From a virus, in IMG/VR virus record IMGVR_UViG_3300044701_001468: DNA of 64,000 bases; one strand, written 5' to 3'. Position numbers and translations under genes: made by a program. This document shows, one piece after another, positions 39,001 through 49,500 of this stretch. Position 1 is the first letter of the stretch, and each line of letters begins with the position of its first letter. Below the pieces are notes generated by a model. That model worked only from the letters and a program-made list of their open reading frames with translations. It made no database searches and was not told where the DNA came from.

Positions 39001-42000
39001 TTAACTTCTGTAAATGAATCTACATCACTTGATGTAGAACCAGTCGAATCAGATGTAAATTTGATGGTCTTTATTCCTGTTATGAAAGATAGGGGAGATC
39101 CTTTCTCGCTATCGTAAGAAATTGTATTAACATCTCCAGTCCAAGATGTTCCACTCTGAGGTGGTAACCCAGATGGAATCAATAGCATTCCACTAGCATT
39201 ACCATTTGCATCAGTAGTTAATATATTTCCGAAAGTACTTAATGAATTTCCACCAATTCTAGTATACTTATAGTCAGGTACAACCCATCTGTCAATAGAT
39301 TGTCCATCCATAAAGACATAAAACTTGCTCAATGGTTTCATTCTCTTGATGGTGAAATAAACTGGTACTGATCTACAGAATGTTTGAATCGAGGAAGAAA
39401 CAATATTAGATCCTACGCTTCTAGTAGAAACACCTTGAGCAAGAGAATTATTTTGTGGACTTATATTAGAACTGCTTGCAGTAGTTGCATTTGAAGTGGT
39501 ACTGGTTGATGAGAGAGAAGAAGTATCACTTAATGAGGTTACATTATAAAATACTCTATTAGTTCCTATCCAATTGACAATAAAATTATCAAAGATGCTG
39601 GCAAATCCTTCTCTAGCATCATTTTTTGCATAGAATACTGAGAACACTTTGCTATCATTATCTAAAATTAGTGGTGTTTCTTTTTGATCATACCACTGAT
39701 CAATATTTGGTGTAATTGATGCATCGCCAACATATTGATCAACAACAAATGGATTTGGATTTAGTGTTTTTGTAGCGAATACGTTTTGAATAGCAGTGAC
39801 ATCAGAATATGGTAAAGTGATAACACCATTACTATTTTTATAATTTGCTAATGTTCTTTGCTCATCTCTAGTATTCACTTCCTTAAGTGAATATGAACTT
39901 TCGATTGATCTAGGTCTTAAAGTAGATTGCTGAGTATCAATAGCACATTTATAATCTATTGACGTTAAATTTCCAACCCCATGATTTTCAAAATTATCTA
40001 CAATAAATCCTGTCTTAAATTTATCAGCACCCACATCATCTTTAACTTGCATATTTAAAGCTTGCTGCTCTAATACGCTGAGGAGAGTGTATTGTTCTAG
40101 TCTTTCGATACGCTTTTCTAATTTGCCAATATCGCGCATCGTGTATCGTTTGTTGTCAACTGGAATTATACGAACATCATTTGCTGTGTTCGTATAAGCA
40201 GGAACATACATGTAGTATAATGCCAATGAATCATCGACATCTGCTGGTTTTGTTGGATTTAGAGAAGAATTGCCTTCTTTGACAAAAAATTCTCCTTTTT
40301 TATTTACAAAAACTCCATCAATTCTATCTAGATATTGTCTTGAACTGAAGGAAATTGTGTATTCTAATCCTGTTTCTGTTGCTGGAGTACTCGATGTAAT
40401 TCCACCAGATCCAGTAAAGTTATTGAAATCTTTTACTGAAAGAATAGCAGTATCTTGATAACCACTTACAATGGCGGTAGAATCTACTTTTGGTCTAAAA
40501 TCAAATACATCTCTTAAAGAAATTTTGCCGTAAACATTAGAATTAAATACTGGAATTTCGTTTAATTCTACGCCAGATTCGTGTAGATATGAATCAACTG
40601 TACAAAAATCTCCTTGAGAATGTTCAAAATAATCGAATGAAATAATCAACTGACCAGTTGGAGCAGTATATCCTGGTTTTAAAATGAGGCGCGAAACGTC
40701 ATAGAACGTATCTCTCTGACCATCATCAAAGGAAAATCTTTCTGTTACATCGGTTCCCGTAACTAGTTCTCCTGAAGCTGATACAACTGGAGGAGTCTGT
40801 GATGTTCCTTCATAAATATATCTAATTTTAAATACGTCGGAATATGATAAAATGTCATTACTATTTGTGTCGTAGTTTCTGCCACGAATAGGAACTACTC
40901 TATCTCCAGGAGAAACTATAAGAATTCTTTGATTTCTATATGCTGTTTTTAATCTTGGTCTTGCTTTAGATACTTGTAAGGTTGCAGTTAATTTTAAGAT
41001 GGGGAAATTAGTGCTAGTTCCAAAGAAAGATGATGGTAAAGTGATACTTACACTACCAGCAGTAGTACCATTTGTTGTATCTGTGGTATTTGAGATGGAA
41101 ACTTGACTTTCTTTTAGATATATGATATCTCCTGATTCTAGAGTTGTTGAACTTTTTTTATCTAGAACTGTCATAATAAAATTACTTTCAGTAAAAGAAG
41201 CAAAACGTTGCGTTCCGTATGGCAATTGAGCAGCAAATGTTACATTACCACCACTAGTCGAAGCAGTAGTAACAAAATCTCTTCTGAAATAATATGTAAT
41301 CTTTGAATCTTCCGAATTTAATGCAACATTTTCTAAATATTTGCATCCTGTTGGAACTACTAATGAACCAGTAGATGCATTTCCAATATTTGGTCTAACT
41401 CTAACAATAGATGCATTAGAAACATTTTCTCTGAGAACATTATCGATATAGATTTTAGATTTGATTAATCCTTGTGCTTTTTCTACTCTTTGTACTATTG
41501 TTCTATTAATGTTATTTGCATCATCAGTAAATTGAATAGCATCACCTTGTACAAGACTAGTAGAAGGATCTCCAGCAAATCCATTACACTCTAAATATTT
41601 TAATCCTTTTTTCCCAGAGAACGTGAAGTCAGTTAAGGTTTGATTGGTAATATAAGAACTTAGGAAAGATTCTACATCAGCAGTAAATGTATATGCATCA
41701 CCTGCTCCAAATGTTGATTGTACAGATTTTACATTTTGTGGACTATAATTTGTTACTGTATTTCTGTATAGAACTGCAGCAACTACGCTATTCTGTGTTG
41801 GATTAGTGGATCCAGTATTGAACGAAACTGCTGGCGTAGTAGCATAAGTTTGTGATACTAAATTTCTATCCTTGATAATAATTTTGTAAATGCCTGTCAA
41901 ATAAGTTCCAATTTCGATTGATGAAGTATCATATTCTACTCCATCAATTTTAATTTTAGTAGTAGTTGAAGAGTAACCAGCACCTCTATCCATAACGACG

Positions 42001-44714
42001 AAATGCGAAATGGTTCCCTCTCTAGCAATTCTTCTTGAATTTCCATCTTCATCCGTGATTGTTTCTCCAGAAATGAATTCACCCGAAAGAACTCTAACGA
42101 ATAAAGTATTGCCAGAAGTATACTTTGTAGTAGAGGATCCTTCTATGACTCCATATGCACCACTAGTAGAACCAACTACATATTTGCCTGGAATGAAAAT
42201 TAGATTATTTAATTCTTGATCTACAATAATTTTTGTGAAAAATGTTGGGTTAAAATATGCCATTTTGAAAATGGCGTTATAACTTGATGTAAATACCGCT
42301 TCTGCTTTTGCTCCAGATCCATTTCCACCAATAAAAGTAATTTCTGGTCCAGAAGTATACCCAGTTCCAGGATTTGTAATAGTTATAGAAGTTACCGCAT
42401 TTCCAGAAATATTAGCAGTAGCAGTTGCACCACTACCTCCACCACCACTGATAACAACAGTTGGTGCTCCAGTATATCCAGATCCACCAGAGGTAACCTT
42501 TATCTCTCCGATACCACCCGTAGTGGTTCCTCTACCCTTGGAAAGAACAATATCCAAATCTGGATTGAATCCTGCTCCTTTTTCTACCAAATTGAAATCT
42601 TTTGGTTTACATACACCAATAATAGGAGTGATTACCTCGTTGTAATCATAGATCTCAGAATATGGGAAAATTGTAGAAACTCCAGTTTGGAAATAATAAT
42701 TTTGTGCGTCAGATTCTGATACAAAAAGTTTTTTCCTTCTGGTTGATGGATCAGTATCATCATATTCTCTGAGAAGTTTATAAATGTCTTCTTTGTTTCC
42801 AGCAACTGTTAATTCCAAAAAGTCAATAGTTGTTGCAGATACCGAAATATCAAAAGGACGTTTGACAATAGAATATGATAAAAGATCCAAACTTCTTACT
42901 GTTGTTGTAGCGGGAGAAGTCCCTTTATTAACTACATACCACAAAGTAGTAAAACTACTACCAAAAGTATTTGAAGTTGGGAAAGTTCTACTAGCGTAAT
43001 TACCAGGATTTGGTAGATATAGTGTAACAACACCAGTATCTAAAGTAAATTTTTTAGATCTACGAGCAACCGTTTGTTTTGTTGTATCAGTAAAACTAAT
43101 GGTTGGAGCGGCAGTATATCCAGATCCAGGATTTGTTAATGTTACACCTGTTACTTTGCCGTCTGCGGAAATATTTGCAATACCATATGCCTGTACTCCA
43201 CCACTACCAGGACTTGCAAACGCCACTGAAGGAGCAGTAGTATATCCAGAACCTTGATTCGAAATAGTTACGTTTGTAACTACTCCACCAGAAATGGTGA
43301 CATTTGCTGCAGCACCAGAACCAGTAGTTGTTTCCGTGTTGTTATATCCAATAGAACCATCATTAAATACTGAATTTAATTGAATGGTAGGATACGCAGT
43401 TAATTCTTGTCCATCAGCATTTACTGGAATACTTCCATATACGTTTCTTAAATTGAAATATGAAAGACCAGTTGCTTTTAAACGAGTATCATCTTTTATT
43501 AGTGTATCTCGCGCTTTACTTACTTCTAGATATTTTACATCTTTATTGATAATTTCATAACCTTTGATGTATGCTTTGCCACTACCAATACCAGCAACCA
43601 TCAAAGAACTTGCTTCTTCTACAGATTTATTATTTACTAGTTCTGTCTCTACATTTAATGGATATAATCCTTTGTTATTATCTTTTTGATAATATTCTCT
43701 AAGATCCAGAGCAAAATTATCTACAACATAATCACCTGATTCATCATATGTTCTTCTTGCTAAAGTTTCTTCAATTAGGTTGTAATCAGTTGGTTTTACT
43801 AATTGTTGAATAATTCCATTTTTAATTGAAACTAATTGTACATAATCTTCATCAGTAAGTCCATCATATTCCTTAGCAACTAAAGATAAATTGATTTTTA
43901 ATCTATGTGCTCCAGGAGCAGAATAGTTGGAAAACCCCTTTGCGTTATCGTATAGTGATACGTCTTGTTCTGGAGTTACAATTTCTTCAGTTATTTTAAA
44001 ACCTACTTTTACTGAAGGTTTGTTGTAATACTTATCTACAACAATAAGTTGTTCACTATTATTAACAAAATATCCGTTGACAAAATATACCCCCTGCTCT
44101 ACTTTAACGGCTGAGGCGTATCCCATCGCTGGACTATCGATAGTGGAAATAACTCCAGTATCATAATCTTGAATGTTTATGGTAGTAGGCAATACACTGC
44201 CATCAGTTCCAACAACTAAGGTTGGTGTATCTGTGATATTTAATGCTTCTAAAGTTTCTCCTTGTCTGAAAGTAGACTCGGAATTATTATTTCCGCTATT
44301 TGTATATTTTACGAAAATAACATCAGATTCTATATCAGTTCCATATGCGTATGAAATTACGCTAGCAGTAACACCAGAAGTTAATCCTTGGAGAGTTGCT
44401 CCAATCAAATTGGAAATATCATATTTTTGAAATACGATATTTCCGTTAATGTTAACAGCAACTTCAGAAACTGCTGATAATTTTACATAATCTAATTTAT
44501 TGTTGAATGCAACTTCTCCAGGAATTACCTGTTGCCCCTGTTTGAACTTATTGCGACCAATGTTTTCAATTTGATTCTGCAATACAGACTGGAGAGATGT
44601 TAACTCTCTAGCCTGTATTGAATATCCTGGTCTAAAAAGAACTTTGTAGTATCCTTTAGATGAATCAAAATCATCGTTGTATGGAGGCACATTAAGATTA
44701 ATCTTCTGGGGCAT
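36075..44714 (-). CDS. vrlC: VrlC-like (DUF4815) baseplate/virion protein (2879 aa)
   Basis: PYNDDFD...YYKVLFRPG..IQARELT.LQS.LQNQIE, APGAHRLKI, LARRTYDESGDY, YTMRDIGKLEKRIERLE, GFIVDNF. Confidence 0.8.
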   Translation of the reverse strand: MPQKINLNVPPYNDDFDSSKGYYKVLFRPGYSIQARELTSLQSVLQNQIENIGRNKFKQGQQVIPGEVAFNNKLDYVKLSAVSEVAVNINGNIVFQKYDISNLIGATLQGLTSGVTASVISYAYGTDIESDVIFVKYTNSGNNNSESTFRQGETLEALNITDTPTLVVGTDGSVLPTTINIQDYDTGVISTIDSPAMGYASAVKVEQGVYFVNGYFVNNSEQLIVVDKYYNKPSVKVGFKITEEIVTPEQDVSLYDNAKGFSNYSAPGAHRLKINLSLVAKEYDGLTDEDYVQLVSIKNGIIQQLVKPTDYNLIEETLARRTYDESGDYVVDNFALDLREYYQKDNNKGLYPLNVETELVNNKSVEEASSLMVAGIGSGKAYIKGYEIINKDVKYLEVSKARDTLIKDDTRLKATGLSYFNLRNVYGSIPVNADGQELTAYPTIQLNSVFNDGSIGYNNTETTTGSGAAANVTISGGVVTNVTISNQGSGYTTAPSVAFASPGSGGVQAYGIANISADGKVTGVTLTNPGSGYTAAPTISFTDTTKQTVARRSKKFTLDTGVVTLYLPNPGNYASRTFPTSNTFGSSFTTLWYVVNKGTSPATTTVRSLDLLSYSIVKRPFDISVSATTIDFLELTVAGNKEDIYKLLREYDDTDPSTRRKKLFVSESDAQNYYFQTGVSTIFPYSEIYDYNEVITPIIGVCKPKDFNLVEKGAGFNPDLDIVLSKGRGTTTGGIGEIKVTSGGSGYTGAPTVVISGGGGSGATATANISGNAVTSITITNPGTGYTSGPEITFIGGNGSGAKAEAVFTSSYNAIFKMAYFNPTFFTKIIVDQELNNLIFIPGKYVVGSTSGAYGVIEGSSTTKYTSGNTLFVRVLSGEFISGETITDEDGNSRRIAREGTISHFVVMDRGAGYSSTTTKIKIDGVEYDTSSIEIGTYLTGIYKIIIKDRNLVSQTYATTPAVSFNTGSTNPTQNSVVAAVLYRNTVTNYSPQNVKSVQSTFGAGDAYTFTADVESFLSSYITNQTLTDFTFSGKKGLKYLECNGFAGDPSTSLVQGDAIQFTDDANNINRTIVQRVEKAQGLIKSKIYIDNVLRENVSNASIVRVRPNIGNASTGSLVVPTGCKYLENVALNSEDSKITYYFRRDFVTTASTSGGNVTFAAQLPYGTQRFASFTESNFIMTVLDKKSSTTLESGDIIYLKESQVSISNTTDTTNGTTAGSVSITLPSSFFGTSTNFPILKLTATLQVSKARPRLKTAYRNQRILIVSPGDRVVPIRGRNYDTNSNDILSYSDVFKIRYIYEGTSQTPPVVSASGELVTGTDVTERFSFDDGQRDTFYDVSRLILKPGYTAPTGQLIISFDYFEHSQGDFCTVDSYLHESGVELNEIPVFNSNVYGKISLRDVFDFRPKVDSTAIVSGYQDTAILSVKDFNNFTGSGGITSSTPATETGLEYTISFSSRQYLDRIDGVFVNKKGEFFVKEGNSSLNPTKPADVDDSLALYYMYVPAYTNTANDVRIIPVDNKRYTMRDIGKLEKRIERLEQYTLLSVLEQQALNMQVKDDVGADKFKTGFIVDNFENHGVGNLTSIDYKCAIDTQQSTLRPRSIESSYSLKEVNTRDEQRTLANYKNSNGVITLPYSDVTAIQNVFATKTLNPNPFVVDQYVGDASITPNIDQWYDQKETPLILDNDSKVFSVFYAKNDAREGFASIFDNFIVNWIGTNRVFYNVTSLSDTSSLSSTSTTSNATTASSSNISPQNNSLAQGVSTRSVGSNIVSSSIQTFCRSVPVYFTIKRMKPLSKFYVFMDGQSIDRWVVPDYKYTRIGGNSLSTFGNILTTDANGNASGMLLIPSGLPPQSGTSWTGDVNTISYDSEKGSPLSFITGIKTIKFTSDSTGSTSSDVDSFTEVKYYATGTLPSQPATIISTTPAILKSQEGIQFVESAKAQTTPNPLSQSFMIEGYDGGVFLTGIDLFFNKKSSTIPVKVYITNIESGKPGKYIVPGSECVLNPDTNLKIYTNGTLYLTEGESVTGSSSGAAGPIKAIYDRNNTKLIPSVTGVYTLTNDQVYTLVLSNHNGKTFIQNEVLSIPSLNTYNAANATSLKVTIAKNSGRIVGLKINNTGSGYDTATLQIVSPQLLGGTTASATCSVSGGNIFDTQLVVGGSGYTEPPAVIIKSTGLSASNADIEALLEIDTPAVKMGVAVDPGTTSVTNSTTPSHFTFEYPVYLQNNTEYAFAVETDSTDYLLWASKLGELEISTNSTVTSQPLLGSVYKSQNVDTWTEDLFEDIKFKLYRAEFDKSKQGIIELTNEQLGYELLDENPFETDSLSDTTATSLLFRNNNKIIKVNHRNNGFEDTGKSYVNFKKVVDVGGITSDVLTTRLFKVINSGNEFYNINPELRAASNAVGGGSSVLATYNRKYEKLYAQVSYLNFSNTKINAEVKTTNIIPVDSSVTNYSNYSQTTLNDGFEKTFLNEIHYFNNQKVLASRINELKNSSSVENRSLTYKLYLNSDVSTLSPVIDLRAASVKLVNNQVEKPSGKEYRFGRRDQILQFYPIYKVVVTGTDISSINVGDAGNQKIVTGNTSKAQGILVKLDTTTNELYIKLTTDILFAPSERLVFTSQPTLSNIFTSSDGLTEIKFAFPYNSGVVALDKTDLTKSYTNVISGKVISWDAEKKQLKISNNKNPINDNYTAAATTGSSYARIPFSNTSTSQATDIFRVGDILGYDNQSSDTQSFLEIKSISYSDGILYVSENLKNSSTIAKYVTKEISLANSSTGLDVKLTANLFEENDIQVLYKVKPASSQFNFDDLGWEYFNGDGSPDIRVVPSSDNSIAGYIENKNSYKEYKYSISNLNEFSSFAIKIVMRSSQPVFVPKIQDVRVVATF

Positions 44715-44766
44715 TTTACGTGCTCAGTCTGCTTGATTGGGTTGGATTATAATAAAAATTATGATA

Positions 44767-46521
44767 TCAGAATTCAATAACTAATTTAATATCTTCAATT
44801 TGATCTGCTGCTCTAGTAATTAGTCTTCTATTTTCAACATAAATTACTTCTCCAGAATTATTTGCAATTTCTGGACTTGCTAATCCAGATGCAAAAGTAA
44901 CTCCAAGAGCAGTAGCATTATATGCAGTATCTACGGTACCAGTTCTACCACTTGTTGCCCCAGTAATTGGATTAGCAGCAGTCGAAACAAATGCGCGAAC
45001 AACGCCATTGTCTGTATGCTCATTAGGTGATTGGTAATACTTAAGAACACCAGCTGTTGTGCTGCCAGTATCTAAAGTCCAAGATACTACTCTTCCTTTT
45101 GAAATTAAACCGCTATTCGATTGTGTAATAATTTCATCTGCGACAAAATTTCCAGAAACGCTAGTTAGTTTTACAGAATATAGTCCAGAAGCATTATCTG
45201 CTGTCAAGAAACTAGATGATCCAAACTGAAGAGGATCTTGAACGATACCAATTCTGCGGAAATCGTTATCTACAGGGAAATCTCCAGAACCTTCTGCGTA
45301 TGTTAGACGAATATTTGTCATAACACGCTTTGAATTCATTTCCAATACTGGATCGGCACCATGTCCGCCCTGAGGTGGGATGATGATTTCAATTTCTCCT
45401 CTTGCACTTCCACCAACGGTTGCCAAAGAAGACAATCCTGCGTTGGTGTAAAGATATCCATTCTTAAGAATTACATTACCATAAGTATATCCAGATCCAG
45501 CTGCATTTATTGATACTGCAGTGATTTGACCACCACCATTTGTTGTGATCTGAACTTTTCCGCCAGTTCCATCGCCTTGAATAGCAGCATATAGTGTGCT
45601 ACTCGTTGGAAGACCAGATCCAGCATCCTTTAGAAGAGCAACTGAGATAGCACCAGCAACTGCTCCTGTTTGAACTGTTCCGTTTAGAACAATTGGCATG
45701 AAGTCAGTAGATAGGAATTTAATTACATCATCCGTTGGGATGGTGTACATATACTTCCAAATATATGTACCAGATGGTTCTGTATAAATGCCACTACTAT
45801 AAGTTCCTTCCCCACTTACTGGTACTGTTCTTGGGGGATATGTGGCACTTTGACCACTCAAATTGGAAGGATTTGTTCCGTTAAATAAGCAAACAAAAAC
45901 TTCATACTGATCATTCATTACAGCATACTTTGCAGTTGCCATTGAACTTTCGCCAGTAGCTGAAAGTTTTTGTGAACTATAATCAGGTCTCCACATATCA
46001 AATTTGGGGTTAGCGGAAAGATCCCAATTATAACGTCTAACTACGTGTCTAGCATAAGAAGATGTAATTCTCTTAAGAGCAATTAGATCATCATATATTT
46101 CATATTTCTCTTCTTGGTTATCAATGGGTGCAGTAGGAACATCTTCCGTTGCATAACGATAAACACCTGTCTTTGCGGTAGCAGTAGAACTATTGCCAGT
46201 TAAAGTTGATCCAGCAGCTGGAGTAGCACCAACAGTTGGTCCAATACCAGTTAAAAGTAAACTATTTGGATAAACTTCAGCAACAACACCACTGAATGTT
46301 GCAGCACCTAAAGATGCTCCAACATAGACACTTTCTCCCACCGAGAAATTTGTTGCGCTTACTCCATAAATTTCTAGATATGCTTTCCATCCTTGTGGTC
46401 TACCAACAAAGAAATACATTCTAGAACGATTTGTGTCAGCGTCGCCAGAACCTTCTGAAAGAGATTCCAGAAATTGTTTGGCATTAAAAATTCTGAACTT
46501 TTCAGAAATGATTGCGGGCAT
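44767..46521 (-). CDS. gp8: Baseplate wedge protein gp8
   Basis: AIISEKFRIFNAKQF, YIWKYMYTI, FLSTDFMP, DNDFRRIG, IEDIKLVIEF. Confidence 0.88.
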   Translation of the reverse strand: MPAIISEKFRIFNAKQFLESLSEGSGDADTNRSRMYFFVGRPQGWKAYLEIYGVSATNFSVGESVYVGASLGAATFSGVVAEVYPNSLLLTGIGPTVGATPAAGSTLTGNSSTATAKTGVYRYATEDVPTAPIDNQEEKYEIYDDLIALKRITSSYARHVVRRYNWDLSANPKFDMWRPDYSSQKLSATGESSMATAKYAVMNDQYEVFVCLFNGTNPSNLSGQSATYPPRTVPVSGEGTYSSGIYTEPSGTYIWKYMYTIPTDDVIKFLSTDFMPIVLNGTVQTGAVAGAISVALLKDAGSGLPTSSTLYAAIQGDGTGGKVQITTNGGGQITAVSINAAGSGYTYGNVILKNGYLYTNAGLSSLATVGGSARGEIEIIIPPQGGHGADPVLEMNSKRVMTNIRLTYAEGSGDFPVDNDFRRIGIVQDPLQFGSSSFLTADNASGLYSVKLTSVSGNFVADEIITQSNSGLISKGRVVSWTLDTGSTTAGVLKYYQSPNEHTDNGVVRAFVSTAANPITGATSGRTGTVDTAYNATALGVTFASGLASPEIANNSGEVIYVENRRLITRAADQIEDIKLVIEF

Positions 46522-46548
46522 GTTTTTAGTCTCTCTAAAAGGATATTT

Positions 46549-46562
46549 TATTTATATTTATA
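46549..46562 (-). promoter_or_regulatory. Two overlapping T4 late promoters (TATAAATATAAATA) for gp8
   Basis: Exact consensus twice, 27 nt upstream of gp8. Confidence 0.75.
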
Positions 46563-46566
46563 CAGG

Positions 46567-49500
46567 TCAAACGGAATATGGCATGATATTATTAGTACTG
46601 GAAACGATATTCGATCCCTTGTATAGTGTGCATCCAGTAAAACTGGTCGAAGTTTTTCCTGTATATTGAACCACACTATAGGTTGACCCATTACCAGTAA
46701 ATAGGTAACCAGATGAAGGGAAATAAGTTGTATTTCCAGTTACATTAATTATATTGGAAACGGAAAGGTTAGTATTTCCATTCGCTAGAACTATTGAGTT
46801 TTGAATTGATGGATGTGATAAATTCCAGATATTTCTAGATTTTGTAAAAGAACTAAAATTGGAAACATCAAAATCTTCAATTGTCACGTAATTATAATTG
46901 ATGCTAATATCATTAAAAGATAATTGAGATACAAATGCAGCACCAACATTCATGTTATACCAATAATTGTATCTCGATAGACTATTCGAAAGACTTAATT
47001 TAGTATATTGTGTTTTGTATGATGTTTGAGCATTAGCATTATTCACAACAACAATATTTCCATTTCTCTGAGAAATTTGATTAAATGGAGTATCTAATAT
47101 TATTATAGTATTATTTCTTTGAATAACTTCATTTGTTAATAATACCGATTCTTCATAATAATCAGCAAATCCAGTACTATTTAATAAAGTAATTGAATTT
47201 ACTAATTTTTGAACATTTACTACTGGAACATTTTCTACTTTGGATTCTACTTGTGTTGTTATAAATTGTGTTATCTTATTTTCTGTAAATTGTATACTTG
47301 CAGTAACTTGTAGAATTGAAGTATACTGATCATTAACTGCTCCAGAAGATGAAACATCTACAGATTTTTGAACAATTGTTGTTATTTGTTCACTAATATT
47401 TTGTACTTTAGGATCCGTAATTAATTGAGAAATCGTAGTGATGCTTGGGGCAACACTAGACATTGATGCATATTGAATATCGAGTTTAGCAATTGTGGAA
47501 ATGTCATCAACACCAGCATCAATAATAGTTACATCGTCGCTATATTGCCTTACGAAAGCGCCAGCTGGATGCGTTTTTATTGTAGTTCCATCTACTCCTC
47601 TAACAACCCCCAAGAAACGATCAGATAGCTTGCTGGAATAAGAAACTATCTCATCTTCGACAAGTAGTTTGCCGAATGATTTGAATTTTTCAGTGGTTGG
47701 TACATAAATGATTTTGTCTGTGAGAGACAGAGAAGAATCCAAGTAAGCACCAGTTTCATGTAGAGACCTATATGCAAGAAGATAGTTCGCTTTTGCGAAT
47801 GTTCTCACATATGAAGTTAATTCTCTTTCTGCTTTAATAATAGTTGCATTTTGGAATAAAGAAACCACCTCAATTGGTACTTGACCATTACTGAAGAAGA
47901 ATTGAACACTAGTCGAAATAGAACTGACATTAGCATTTAGATTAAGTACACTTGTGTGTACGTTCAAACATTTTTGAACAGGTAATTTGACATTTTCACT
48001 TTTTTGAACAATTGAAGTTATTTTTCTATCAGTATCAAATGGAGTTACTGCGACAACAGAAGATATAGTAATAATTGGAGGTTGTGGACTATCATCAAAA
48101 GTTGCTCCAGAGGTGATATACAATGTCCCTGCATTTTCAATCTTAGGAGACATGCTGACAATAATTTGTGTTACATCAATACTTCTTTGTTTACGAATTA
48201 CGTCATATCCTCTAGAGATGTAAACTTTTGGCGCTACAAGATAATCACTTCCTTGATCATATAATACTATGTCAATTACTTCTTCATCGTGAACGATTGC
48301 ATATGCTTTTGCACCACCACCTTGAGCTGGTGCAATAATAGTTCCACCCTCATCTTTTTGTGCTTGAGCAACAAAAATTAATTGGGGTGCAGTTTCATAC
48401 CCATATCCAGCTGCAACAGGATAAATTTGTTTTGTTACATAAGAATCCCAGTCTTTTTTATTCCAGGTCAGAGAAACTACTTTGCCGTTTTCTATGTTTG
48501 CAGAAACATCTAATCCCTCTCCATAACCAATACCATTATATGTACTAGTGCCTAGTTTTCCGTAGTAATTTGAATTAACGTCATCTACATCTCTATAACT
48601 AGTTTTAGTTACTATATCTGATTTTGATAAAATTGTTCTAAATTCTGATTCACCATCTATTTTTAATAAATCGCCAACATCAACAAAATCTTCTTTTCTA
48701 AAACGAGGACTATTTTTTAACAACCAACCAGGAATTGATTTTCTCAAAATGTCTTGTTGATCATCATTTTTTTCAAATGATTGTATCGATATTATTCTAG
48801 ATGATTGAATTACTAAATTCTGTTTGGTTACTCCATTATATCCCACAATTTCCAAATTTTCTGATGAAATGAATCTTTTATTCTGAGAATCTATTGTTAG
48901 TTCAGTATTTGTGCCATTATAATATGATGTTCTAATAATACCTTGAGTAGTATTAGATTTAATTGTTGCTCCATCAATTTCAATTGGATAATCCGAAGAA
49001 AGATTTCCAGAAATTGTAATTATAAATCTATTGAAAAATAGTGAGGTCTCGTAATTAAATGCATTTAATGCCTTTTGATAATCTCTACCATAGGTATATA
49101 AAATATTAACTTTTTGACCCACTCTAATTGGTTCTCTAAAGATAATATTACTTCCATTAATACTATAATTTTTTAAACGCTGTTGGAATACTCCATCAAC
49201 GAAAACTAAAACATTTCTGTCTTCATCAACGATTACAGTTTTGCCACTGACGGCAGAACGTAAAATAAATGGACCTGCATTAATTCCATTAATAAATCTA
49301 GAATCTATTAATAATCTTTCGTAACCAGAAACAGAAACTCCATAAAAAGATTGTTTTGTGGATTCAAAAGTTCTTGGTGGTTCTACAAAAACTATTTCAT
49401 TTGGTGTTGTTGTTCTTCTAATATAATATGATCTATCGAGTGGAAGCAGAGGAGTGCTTCCTGCTTGCTGTAAAACACCATCAATTGCGACTAATAAATT